Positions 9,001 to 15,519 of a stretch of 64,000 nucleotides of DNA are shown here, piece after piece. The stretch spans positions 320,001 through 384,000 of the forward strand of contig OZ241883.1 of NCBI GenBank assembly GCA_965203445.1, given 5' to 3'. The notes under the pieces are model-generated. The model worked only from the letters and a program-made list of their open reading frames with translations. It ran no database searches and was not told the DNA's origin. This stretch comes from Candidatus Oxydemutator sp. Its GTDB lineage: Bacteria > Pseudomonadota > Gammaproteobacteria > Poriferisulfidales > Oxydemutatoraceae. Made by a program: the position numbers and the translations under genes. Every line of letters starts with the position of its first letter. Position 1 is the first letter of the stretch.

Positions 9001-10929
9001 GATCAATATCTTCGGCCCAACCCCGAATCCGGTAAGCGATACCGTCCAATCGGGTATAGAGGCGCCCCTCTCGCTGCCGCGTATCGTCAAATCCGCCTCA
9101 TGCGCGCGCGACCCGTGCTCGGCCGGTTTGAACACCAACGGGGTTTCATACTCGGCACCGGCCGCGATGGTGGGCGAAGTGCCCGCGTCCGATCCGACCC
9201 CCGGCAGGGAAAAACCCTCGTTGTCAGGTCGCAACGTGAAATCAACGCTCAGTGCCTTCTCGCCGCGGTTCCATAGTTTGAGCGTCGCCGTCGAAGGTTT
9301 CCTGGCGACGACGTCTCCGGCGTCGTAGGTGCCGCTGGACTTGTACGCTTTGCCGTTGATATACACTTGCAGCCCGCCTTCCAGACGGACGTTCTTGATT
9401 ACCGGCGAGGTCGTCGGCGACAGCGACGTAAGCCGCGTCGCCCAACGCAGGTCGCCACCCGACCGCGGAAACCTGAAACTGCCGCCGGGACGCACCTGAT
9501 ACCAGCGCCCGCCCCCGTCGTTCGACAGATAGTAGGTGACGTCGGTGTTCGCCGGCTTGACCTCGGTCGTCGTCAGATGGATCAATGCCGGCACCACGCT
9601 ACCCATGTTGACCTTGCTCGATTCCACCCAGCCATGCCCGGTATCAAATAAGGTAGTGCTCGCAGCGGTTGTGGAGATACCCCCATTGAGGCATACCTTC
9701 CGCGTGTTGGTAGCAAGGCCAAGAACCGCGTCAATATCCATATCATCATCCAAATCACCTAAAGCTACAGCATGTGCTGCACCACCTAAGAAATTGTAAC
9801 CAGTGGTTTTGTACGTTCCTCTCTCATTCGAGTATATTATCGAAGTTCCAGCATTGTTTCCTTCGATCAAGTCCAAATCTCCATCGCTATCCATATCTGC
9901 CAACTGTACGTCCACGGTGCTATTGCCCGAACCGTTGATCTCGATGCCTGTATCGAAATAACTACGATCCGAACCGTTGTTCAGATACAAGGTGTTCCTT
10001 GCGCCATCGGTACCAGCCACGATGTCAAGTCTGCCGTCATTATTCACATCCCCAAGAGAAATGCTGCTCACCGAAGCGTCGTGTGAATACACCTCCTCGA
10101 ATGTCCAATTCCCAGTGTTGCGAAAAACCCTGAGCTTCGCTCCGCCACCGAGGACAAGATCGGCACGATCATCGCCATCAAAATCACCGCTTGCGATCAC
10201 CTTGTCGGCACCATTCGCAGAGAAACTGCCCCGCCGATCAACTTCCCCACGGCTGCTAATCTTGAATAGCAACACACCATCAAAGGCCGCCGACACCAAA
10301 TCTGGGCTATCGCCGTCGTCCACATGGATTATGACCAGATCATTGGAAGCCTGACCAGACATTTGGAAACCCTGCTCAAAACCACCATCCCCGTCATTCT
10401 TATAGAAAAACGGCAGGTAGTGTTGCTTCACCTTCTTGCGCGCCACTATATCTTTATTACCGTCCCTATCCAAGTCCAAAAATACCAAAGTGTCATGCGA
10501 ACCAGTGCTGACCTTAGCAGCCCTGAAGGAAATAGCGCCCGATGCTAAATCGGTGTAGAGTACGAAAAGCGCGTCGGAACTGCCGATGATCACATCGGCC
10601 ACAGCATCTCCGTCCACGTCCTGTAGCGCGATGTCGTGGATGGTGGCACTGCCCAAAGCAGAGAACTGCTGATAAACGGGATGAGCCACATCCTGAAAAG
10701 AATAGCTCCCTTTGTGCACACCACTTGCCGGCGCCAGGGTAATCCCCCGCTGCGATCCCTGCCCGGTCGAAACACGCGCGGTCGAACTGCTGATATTGAT
10801 GAGAGCCTGCGACTGGAAGTCGTAAAAAGATGGGAGGCCCTGCGTCGTGCCGTACGCTGCCCCCGACAGCGACAGCAGCAACGCCGCCGCGCCTGCTTTG
10901 TACGGAATATGTCGTCCAACAGAGAACAT
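1..10929 (-). CDS. Giant secreted modular adhesin-like protein (>3643 aa, 3' end beyond left edge): signal peptide, FG-GAP/VCBS propeller, ~13 choice-of-anchor-D/ASH Ig domains, then repeated [He_PIG Ig - GLUG beta-helix - cadherin-like] modules
   Basis: ATG at 10929 gives MFSVGRHIPYKAGAAALLLSLSGAAYG (signal peptide), then DVDGDAVADVIIG and DLDRDGNKDIV (FG-GAP), YDFGKV-type domain starts every ~345 bp (9370-4800), DYDSNNNGLIEI..LHAIRWDLNGDG, GGLVG..N.G.I.ASYATGAV repeats, VTAQDGS. The same frame still reads GWSTGGFVGINRPGGKIYAN at positions 60-1. The ORF track has no stop-terminated ORF in this frame, and the long + strand ORFs here are in-register antisense shadows. Confidence 0.9.
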   Translation of the reverse strand, partial: MFSVGRHIPYKAGAAALLLSLSGAAYGTTQGLPSFYDFQSQALINISSSTARVSTGQGSQRGITLAPASGVHKGSYSFQDVAHPVYQQFSALGSATIHDIALQDVDGDAVADVIIGSSDALFVLYTDLASGAISFRAAKVSTGSHDTLVFLDLDRDGNKDIVARKKVKQHYLPFFYKNDGDGGFEQGFQMSGQASNDLVIIHVDDGDSPDLVSAAFDGVLLFKISSRGEVDRRGSFSANGADKVIASGDFDGDDRADLVLGGGAKLRVFRNTGNWTFEEVYSHDASVSSISLGDVNNDGRLDIVAGTDGARNTLYLNNGSDRSYFDTGIEINGSGNSTVDVQLADMDSDGDLDLIEGNNAGTSIIYSNERGTYKTTGYNFLGGAAHAVALGDLDDDMDIDAVLGLATNTRKVCLNGGISTTAASTTLFDTGHGWVESSKVNMGSVVPALIHLTTTEVKPANTDVTYYLSNDGGGRWYQVRPGGSFRFPRSGGDLRWATRLTSLSPTTSPVIKNVRLEGGLQVYINGKAYKSSGTYDAGDVVARKPSTATLKLWNRGEKALSVDFTLRPDNEGFSLPGVGSDAGTSPTIAAGAEYETPLVFKPAEHGSRAHEADLTIRGSERGASIPDWTVSLTGFGVGPKILIEDREVSATRVNRTSVFHVWVRNLGNQTLNITGVETDPSDQFWFSPMDSSWRTNMFTIMSPRHSYRFQFRPKRRGVATATLAFASNAYNTEGNEVRLEGRGVAPVLRVFPGGAYSFGRVRSGSSATRTMEIGNHGDAVLEIKSLTVGSGLFSIQEAGGGSSAPHHIGEMSSASFVLSFAPRASFREDARTELTIISDDPLPARTTYTIVLRGEAFAPKMRFELAVCPAVKADGGICKFGDVEVGQETSTTLTITNAGRGEALEISSVVVAGDDFTVHGPSSATIEVGGSSTWQVHFSPSGYGPTPNGIMLTINNNDPENENGKPKVALEGRGIGADLAVSIDGVTLQDAGRYSFEDQSVGDSTSVLVVVSNTDADADEIALQVSGVALASTSSFAWSSSATFTVGPEASTTLHVSFRPPRRGVHETTLTITSNHLGGKPYQVRLAGTGTAPALVLTGFAGCRYATMTRTCDFGGVLAGGTSSVKVIVGNVGEEALRVTPTVSGGVYRLAGPADRLLDSGSTGTWTLHFSPPVAATSYAGALVFESNDPALSSRTVHLDGHGVGPKMVIRYWGCSDEDNMPGYDGKEYHYCYLDDVTVGTTRTVRVEIDNEGNQALVISSISVNQRYGRDYHLDGPATATIPVGVPDRWDVSCIPKFRFRGSRNAELSIMSNDRAMFPQQVLICGVVWSDMEVSVDGRSYSSDVGAYDFGKVEKGTSLTVPVVVTNTGTGRALVVRSLETSGTGFSVVGGGGGATIAAGASHTWRLRFSPKDTTTHAGELTVRSDDRERGEWRLSLEGRGVEAIPIIFGPPFNARVGRTDRQIVTIGNIGTAPLRIQSIVVTPGDFVPAVSAPNEDVERWLNERRGMAYTVTSDTRDTRELEPGDSTPLTVAFSPRVPSAEDNAVLTIHSNAPKHTVRLRGKGRGPLLLASIGADDNRRYVLSKATTHNVGTIVASDGVMVSTNVKVHLKNIGNEDLWVAADLTTGSGVFRLSTDVYPKYLITQNDPEPKSITVEFRPTDPGAYTETLTLTTSGSAVATHTIRLHGSRRLPLMEVGFGGGCRSTTRARTCDLGLVNVTTAQMGTLIVTNNSAERLLVTSALADADDAYSLVSSATQSIAAGSTATWDVRFTPRVVATTYAATLTFTGDHPDATARVNLTGVGAGPIPDVTYSGCTETSSFCDLPDVPYGTTATVRVTVENDGNADLVVRALDVPSRYDRNSPYTIEGSFPTTITSGSSHTWDVHLRAVEQQHRVRFAHRKELQIISNYHGAPPTKTLRALIIWPEIEVQVNGKIYASGNTYDFGKVWAGTETATLTIRNTGHFRDLVLDSIQVTGAGFSLNDTGTATIAAATTITRELRLSLNPRENTTSEGTLTMVSNDPDPRRNPYTLTLQGEFPDVRPDFGGATIATQTYVIHRRITSLILPTASSGNGTLGYGLTGPGNAETLPPGLSFDRGTRTLSGTPTAAFTTATYTWTATDEDGDGATLTFPITVLDYDSDEDGLIEIKNLAQLNAMRWDLDGDGRNPTNVAGYAAAFPGASSGISCRRSSATTDACRGYELVTALNFNTGDASTRTDDLYYNNGAGWNPIGSDSTNSYFGVFQGNGHTLSNLFIARSRQSKVGLFGHLTGRIAGVGLLDVAVSAYGYVGGLVGRNHGTISTSYISGSVAGTGHSAGGLVGVNREGRIIGSHSMAMVNGASQIGGLVGYNWGGRIIASYSTGTVSGRERAGGLVGSNSGWITASYATGEVSGHRQTGGLAGTNGGMIVASYATGRVSGHEDTGGLAGNNGDGTIVASYSMGKVTGSSYTGGLVGLKYPRFRPFGIYRYPGYIGSVYNSYWDTRTSGQSGSDGGMGQKTFELRAPTTYTGIYAAWNVDADGVAGGDDPWDFGTSTQYPVLRYGFSSTSVASQKAGQPTISTDASLRELRVTAGASVATLPNLLRGFEGGVTSYTVPVDVDAERVTVSATASHSRATVALSTADAATATAGRQVALTIGGDTAIMVSVTAQDGSVTTYVVTVRQPDSLPSFGATTIARQIYVVGGPVHKTLPAADEGNGTLGYALTGPGSTATLTLPPGLSLDRGTRTLSGTPTAAFTTATYTWKATDRDGDVAALTFPITVFDYDSDQDGLIEIKNLMQLNAMRWDLDGDGRNPTNVAGYAAAFPGATSGISCRRSSASSGVCKGYELAADLDFNTGTTGTRTDDLYYNGGKGWEPIAPCSGTYLYSCSSSDPMYAATFDGNGHSISNVYIRRRNHDYIGLFGRLADSSNVTRVKLLNVDAEGRIHVGGVAGRNRGSINASCVTGAVKGRLYQPFPSNVGGLVGWNSGKITASCATGTVSEGETVGGLVGSNSGEITASYATGAVDGSSHVGGLIGRDTGEITASYATGAVNGSSTVGGLVGWEHGKITVSYATGAVNGNSRLGGLTGENDGEIVASYAMGAVNGSWNIGGLVGENNGEIVASYATGAVNGSRNTGGLVGSSRSLNGYGAVTINSYWDTRASSQTESAGGTGKKTFELRSPTAYTGIYAAWNVDLDGVVGADNPWDFGTRAQYPILRYGHSTTSLALQQAVQPAISADSRLSALSIRNAMPGAGAALPLSPSFDAGTTSYFATAGSSTGRVTIAATAASTGATVAYAPPDADTAIGHQVLLNSDRDTVSTVRVTAQDGSATAYVIVVGRMDLHPSFGVATIARQIYVAGEQSVRKMLPEARGGNGALRYALTGPGSAATLALPLGLSLDAGTRTLSGVAATAFTTATYTWTAADSDGDATTLTFTIAVTGSRDYDSNNNGLIEIRSLSQLHAIRWDLNGDGTPDGAADYPSYAPAFPRAMAGMGCPTTGVVVGCKGYELMTALNFNTGYRTRTDDLYYNGGAGWEPVGGISNRYAAIFDGNGHGISNLYIKRRSRDYIGLFGYLDDSSSITQVKLLSVNVEGNYNVGGVAGRNKGSISASCAQGVVRGYYYVGGFVGRNSGTISASCAKGTVRATGWSTGGFVGINRPGGKIYAN
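1571..2110 (-). repeat. About 7 tandem 78-bp (26-aa) GLUG repeats inside the giant gene
   Basis: CCTACGAGGCC-like anchor recurs at ~1577, 1655, 1733, 1811, 1889, 1967, 2045; encodes GGLVG-x-N-x-G-x-I-x-ASYATGAVNG. Confidence 0.9.
2440..4720. repeat. Near-identical long direct repeats (~2440-2850 vs ~4310-4720); third more diverged copy ~470-900
   Basis: Shared strings such as TTCTTAATCTCGATCAGGCCGTCCT and TCCAGGTGTACGTCGCCGTCGTAAAGGCCGCCGTCGGCGTGCCCGACAACGTCCGCGTGCCCCTGTC; module period ~1.9-2.0 kb. Confidence 0.85.
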
Positions 10930-10934
10930 TGGAT

Positions 10935-10976
10935 TTCCAAGCTTTGGAAGTTACATATTCTGGCAACAGAAGTCAA
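10935..10976 (-). promoter_or_regulatory. sigma70 promoter of the giant gene (TTGACT-17 bp-TAACTT) with operator-like palindrome TTCCAA-N3-TTGGAA over the predicted start site
   Basis: -35 at 10976-10971, -10 at 10953-10948, exact 17-bp spacer; inverted repeat 10935-10949. Confidence 0.6.
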
Positions 10977-11013
10977 AGCGAAGGAGACTTCCCCGCTTCG
11001 CTATAATCCCCGC

Positions 11014-14000
11014 ATGAGGTCGCTGCCCCCAAAAAAGCGCGTTTTGTGGCTGGCCGGCCTGGTTTTCACCCTGGTGATGATCGGCTTGGCCGAGTATGCG
11101 GAACCGCCGAACGAGGGAGCGGACACCGAAGCGCCCGTATCATCAGTCGCCACGTCTGACCAGCCTGCGCCACCAGAACCACCCAAGAACTTCCGCTCAG
11201 TACTACAGGCCGTTAAAACCATCCCGGCGCATCTTCAAGACGCCAAGACCCAGCGTCAAGTCATCTACGCAAAGCGCGTGGCCGGCACAGCCGAACCGCA
11301 CGCCGGACCGATGGCGTTGTTGTCGCAGATGAAGGAAGTAAAAATCGAATACCTGAACCAGTTTGACGTAACGACAATCGAGATACCACCGGATTGGGAC
11401 GCCGGATGGCTGATGGAGATTCTGAACGAGGATACATCAGTGGAATACACGGAAAAAGCAGACTACGAGATTACCTTACACAGGGCGCCAGTAACGCCGA
11501 ACGACCCATTCTTTCCGCAACAGACCAACCTGCACGATCCAGTCCGCGACGTGGACGTGAACGCGCCACAGGCGTGGGCCTATACGACCGGAAACGCAAG
11601 CAGCGACGGCATAGTGGTGGCGGTGATGGACACCGAATTTGCCATTCATTCTGATTTCGAGGGCAACTTGTGGGTCAACGATCAAGAGATAGCAGGCAAC
11701 GGCATAGACGATGACCACAATGGCTTGGTGGACGATATTCACGGCTACGATTTCTCTCGCAGCACGGGAAACCTGACGGCAGGGACGGCTGGGCACGGTG
11801 CGACAGTAGCCGGCGTCCTCGGCGCGCGCGGGAATAACCGACATCAGATAGCAGGGGTCAGTTGGAAGGTCCGTATGATGTTTTTGGACTTTATCAGAGA
11901 CCGCGGCAGCTTTATACCTGGTATAGGTGAGCCTTTGACAGCATTTAACTATATTCTGAATATGCGCGACCGGCACGACGACGATACGCTCCCCGGGGGT
12001 GCAGATATCAGGATGATCAATGCCAGTTGGACAAGAACTCCACCGTCTGATTGCATCCCCAAGACACTTTCTAAGGCATACAAAAGACTGGAAGCCAGAG
12101 GCATCTTATTTGTCCAAGGTGCAGGCAATGATGGTACTGACATAGATGGAACTGATACGTGGCCGCGGTGTTTGGAGGGGTTGTCAAACCACATTCATGT
12201 TGCGTCTCACGATAGGACCAGCTTTTCCCTGGCATCCCGTTCCAGGGCATCCCGCTCCAACTACGGGTTGGAAACGGTTGATTTGGCGGCGCCGGGCGAG
12301 GAAGTGCTGGCCGCGGTACGCGCAGATGGCTCTATAGGTCGAAACAGCGGCACTTCCCTGGCGACACCGCACGTATCGGGCGCGACGGCCTTGCTGTGGA
12401 ACTACCGTCCCGACCTGACGATGGTTGCGGTGCGCAACATCCTGCTTGAAACCGTGCGCCGGGTTCCGGAGTTGGCGGGCAGGGTGGCCACTGGCGGCGC
12501 GCTGGACGTGGGAAACGCGCTCTACATGGCGTCTCTGACGCCGGGGATAGTGCTTCACACGTCGCGCACGGCGGTGATCGAGGGCGGCAGGGGGTATGCG
12601 GACGTATCGCTCAGGCTTCCGCCGTCGTGGCGCACGACGTCGGGCGTGGCGGTGTTGCGGGCGGGTGTCGCACAAGGTTTGGGCGAGGTGTCGCCGTCGT
12701 CGCTGACGTTCACGTGGTCGAACTGGCGCGAGGCGCAAAGGTTTTCGTTCGACGCGCGCGACGAGTTGGACGTGGGGAGCGGCTACACGGCGGACATGAG
12801 GATAGCGGTGGACGCGCTGCGCACGACGACGGATTCGAGGGGCATATCGCCGACGACGGTCACATTCACGGTGGCGGACGTGGGGGTCTCGTCTGCGACG
12901 GTGTCATCATTGTCCGGCGACGAGGTGTCGGAGAGCGACGGGAAAATTGCATTCCGTATCCGTCTGCGCGGCGTGGCGGGCACGGCATCTACACCGGTGG
13001 ACGTGGGATACCGCCTGTCGGGTGCGACGCGTGGCGGGGTCGCGGGGGATACGGGCAGGGACTATACGTGGCCTGTGGGCTACGACGCCGAGGCCGGTAT
13101 CGGCACGGCGACGGTGGTGGCCGGGGATACGGCTGTGGTCGCGCTGCCGCTGCACGACGACGAGGTCAACGAGGCGGACGAGGACGTGTCGCTTGCATTG
13201 CTGCGGGTGGTCGCGGGCGGTGTCGAGGGCGTCTTGTCGTCGGGCAGCCGCGCGACGGTGCTTATCAACGACGACGATCCGCTGACGGTCAGCATCGAGA
13301 ATATCACTTCTACGGGTACATTCGGAGGTCGAGTTGTCTCCTATGTTCCGGTGTGGTGTGGCGAGAGACCGCGCAGAGACCCTTTTTCACTTCTAACACC
13401 GGATGTACCCGAAGGTTGTTCGATCAGGTATCGGATCAGGATGAGCGGCGTGTCGTCGGGCGCGGTGGTGGTGCCGTGGCGTGCGCAGCGCTGGTCGTAT
13501 CAGGGTATTGACGACCAGCGCAACGACGCGAGTCGCCCGGACGTGGCTACGGAGGGGGGTATGCCGCAGGCGGACGGCGGGGTGATGGGAAGCGCGTACA
13601 TAGAGGCGGGAGAGACCAGCGCGACGATTGAGGTGGTGGCGTTGCGGGACAACTTCGATGAAAGTGAAAGTGGTGATATTTTCGAGATGAGGTTGGGCGA
13701 ATCTGAGCCAAGCACAAGAGCGGGTCGGGTGACGAGTCGAAACCATCGCCGCGCTCATTTCAGCTCTGGGAGGCTAATGGATTTGTTTGGATTTTCCATC
13801 GACGACCCTGATGGCAATTTAATTCATCGCATAAGCGCGCGCGCCGCTGTTTCCCCGGTGGCGGAGGGAAGCAGCGCGGTGTTCACGGTGGAGTTGGAGC
13901 ATCACTCTCTCCACACAAGCGATCCGCCGGCGGCGGGCCACCCGTTGGTGGTGGATTGGGTATTGGGCGGCGTGGAGTCATCGGATTACGCGGGCGCGTC

Positions 14001-15396
14001 GTCGGGGAGTTTGTCGTTCGCGACGCGCGGGGTGCAGAGCGTGGTTGTGCGTCTGGTCGAGGATGGCGTAATCGAGGCCGACGAGGAATTGGTGCTGACG
14101 CTCTACAACGAGCGTTCAAGCAACCTGCGAAGCGGGATACGAGTAATAACACCTTCGGTGCGCGCGACAATCCGCAGCCGGGAGCGTGCGACGGTGCGCC
14201 TGGAGAGTCTGGCTACGCGGATGTTCGAGGGCAGCACCGGGACCGCGTTTCGCATCTGGCTGGAGAGCAGCGGCGGTGTTCCGATCACGGTCGAGCAGGG
14301 GGCGGTGGTGTCGTGGACGCTGGCGGGCAGTGCCGTGGAAGGCCTGGACTACCGCCTGTCGCCTTCGGGCCGCGCCGAGATCCCGGCGGGCGGCAGCGAG
14401 ACGGTGGTGCGTCTGTGGGCGCTGGCCGACGCCGTGCGCGAGAGCAGCGAGAGCGTCGTGATGCGTCTGGCCGGCGTGGACGCGCGCGGCGCGGTGGATG
14501 CCTCCGACAACAAGGCGCTGGTGTTGTCCGATGATGAGGCGCGGACGGTGATAGCGGCAAACCGCGTGTTGCGCGTAAAGGTGCGCGCGCTGTTGCAAGG
14601 CGCGTATGACCCGGCGCGCACTATGATGCGCACGGCGCTGATAGAACACCTGCCGGCAATGCAACCGTATAACGTGCGCCCATGGCACCACGCGGCGACA
14701 ACGACGGTGCCCGGAATAACAAACGGATCGGGCTTGTCATCGGTTACGGCGACGGTCGTGGACTGGGTGCTGGTGGAGTTGCGCACGGCGCCCCCCGATG
14801 TAAGCACGGGTGCAAGCACAAGTGCGAGCACCGGTTCAAGCGCGCAGGCGGCGGCGAACGCGCCCGCGTTCGCCCGGGAAGCGGCGCTGCTGTTGCGCGA
14901 CGGCACCATCGCGGGCATACGCCCGGGCGCATCCTCGCCGTCGGAAGCGCTGGAACCGGGCGGCGTATCGTTTGCAGGCGTGGATGTCGCCACCGCCAGC
15001 AGCGGCACTTGGTACATAGTCCTGCACCACCGCAACCACCTGTCGGTGATGTCCGCCGCCCGCCTGGAGTCCCAGGACACCGCCTGCCCCGCCGATTACT
15101 GCGCCGACTTCCGCACCGCCCAATCCCACGGCGACGGCCAGGTTGCCGTAGGCGAAGGCCTATACGCACTGCCCGCCGGCGACACCAACCGCGACGGCAC
15201 CATAGACGCACAAGACCACGCCCTGATACGCACAACCAACCTGATCCCCCTGACCCCCGCCCACTACCGCACCCCGAACGAGTCCGGCAACTACAAAGCC
15301 GACGCCGACCTCAACCACGACGCCGAAGTCCTGTCCCAAGACCGCCACTTCATAATAAAGAACCACGGCCGCCGCCGAATGATTTCGGTACGGTAA
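11014..15396 (+). CDS. S8 subtilisin-family serine protease with Calx-beta repeats and C-terminal dockerin/EF-hand-like domain (~1460 aa)
   Basis: Catalytic motifs VAVMDT, HGATVAG, GAGNDG, SGTSLATPHVSG; NGIDDDHNGLVDDIHGYDF; Calx-beta-like DDEVNEADEDV, EDGVIEADEEL, DAVRESSESV; C-terminal LLQGAYD..VDWVLVELR..HRNHLSVMS..GDTNRDG. Start moved from 10636 to ATG 11014 (N-terminal hydrophobic segment, TATAAT 6 nt upstream, avoids overlap with the giant gene). Confidence 0.92.
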   Translation: MRSLPPKKRVLWLAGLVFTLVMIGLAEYAEPPNEGADTEAPVSSVATSDQPAPPEPPKNFRSVLQAVKTIPAHLQDAKTQRQVIYAKRVAGTAEPHAGPMALLSQMKEVKIEYLNQFDVTTIEIPPDWDAGWLMEILNEDTSVEYTEKADYEITLHRAPVTPNDPFFPQQTNLHDPVRDVDVNAPQAWAYTTGNASSDGIVVAVMDTEFAIHSDFEGNLWVNDQEIAGNGIDDDHNGLVDDIHGYDFSRSTGNLTAGTAGHGATVAGVLGARGNNRHQIAGVSWKVRMMFLDFIRDRGSFIPGIGEPLTAFNYILNMRDRHDDDTLPGGADIRMINASWTRTPPSDCIPKTLSKAYKRLEARGILFVQGAGNDGTDIDGTDTWPRCLEGLSNHIHVASHDRTSFSLASRSRASRSNYGLETVDLAAPGEEVLAAVRADGSIGRNSGTSLATPHVSGATALLWNYRPDLTMVAVRNILLETVRRVPELAGRVATGGALDVGNALYMASLTPGIVLHTSRTAVIEGGRGYADVSLRLPPSWRTTSGVAVLRAGVAQGLGEVSPSSLTFTWSNWREAQRFSFDARDELDVGSGYTADMRIAVDALRTTTDSRGISPTTVTFTVADVGVSSATVSSLSGDEVSESDGKIAFRIRLRGVAGTASTPVDVGYRLSGATRGGVAGDTGRDYTWPVGYDAEAGIGTATVVAGDTAVVALPLHDDEVNEADEDVSLALLRVVAGGVEGVLSSGSRATVLINDDDPLTVSIENITSTGTFGGRVVSYVPVWCGERPRRDPFSLLTPDVPEGCSIRYRIRMSGVSSGAVVVPWRAQRWSYQGIDDQRNDASRPDVATEGGMPQADGGVMGSAYIEAGETSATIEVVALRDNFDESESGDIFEMRLGESEPSTRAGRVTSRNHRRAHFSSGRLMDLFGFSIDDPDGNLIHRISARAAVSPVAEGSSAVFTVELEHHSLHTSDPPAAGHPLVVDWVLGGVESSDYAGASSGSLSFATRGVQSVVVRLVEDGVIEADEELVLTLYNERSSNLRSGIRVITPSVRATIRSRERATVRLESLATRMFEGSTGTAFRIWLESSGGVPITVEQGAVVSWTLAGSAVEGLDYRLSPSGRAEIPAGGSETVVRLWALADAVRESSESVVMRLAGVDARGAVDASDNKALVLSDDEARTVIAANRVLRVKVRALLQGAYDPARTMMRTALIEHLPAMQPYNVRPWHHAATTTVPGITNGSGLSSVTATVVDWVLVELRTAPPDVSTGASTSASTGSSAQAAANAPAFAREAALLLRDGTIAGIRPGASSPSEALEPGGVSFAGVDVATASSGTWYIVLHHRNHLSVMSAARLESQDTACPADYCADFRTAQSHGDGQVAVGEGLYALPAGDTNRDGTIDAQDHALIRTTNLIPLTPAHYRTPNESGNYKADADLNHDAEVLSQDRHFIIKNHGRRRMISVR

Positions 15397-15416
15397 CCGG
15401 CAGGGTTTTCGGCCCG

Positions 15417-15498
15417 CCCTCTCCTAGGGGGAGAGGGTCGCATTGCGGGTCGGCGGCCATGCTTTCCCATTTCTTATTCTCCTCTCTCTGGGAGAGGA
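15417..15498. repeat. REP-like CCCTCTCC...GGAGAGGG palindromes (two hairpins) between convergent genes
   Basis: ccctctcc-taggg-ggagaggg (15417-15437) and tcctctctctgggagagga (15480-15498). Confidence 0.6.
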
Positions 15499-15519
15499 AA
15501 ATATCAGCCACACCGACGC

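Noticed and set aside
337-9651. Long Arg-rich + strand ORFs (913-1749, 3937-4929, 5041-6033, 7111-8523 etc.)
   Set aside because: All share codon register with the minus-strand giant gene; they are antisense shadows with no motifs.
10636-11013. N-terminal 126 aa of the 1586-aa ORF-track S8 protein
   Set aside because: Overlaps the giant gene head-on; the hydrophobic signal and TATAAT support ATG 11014.
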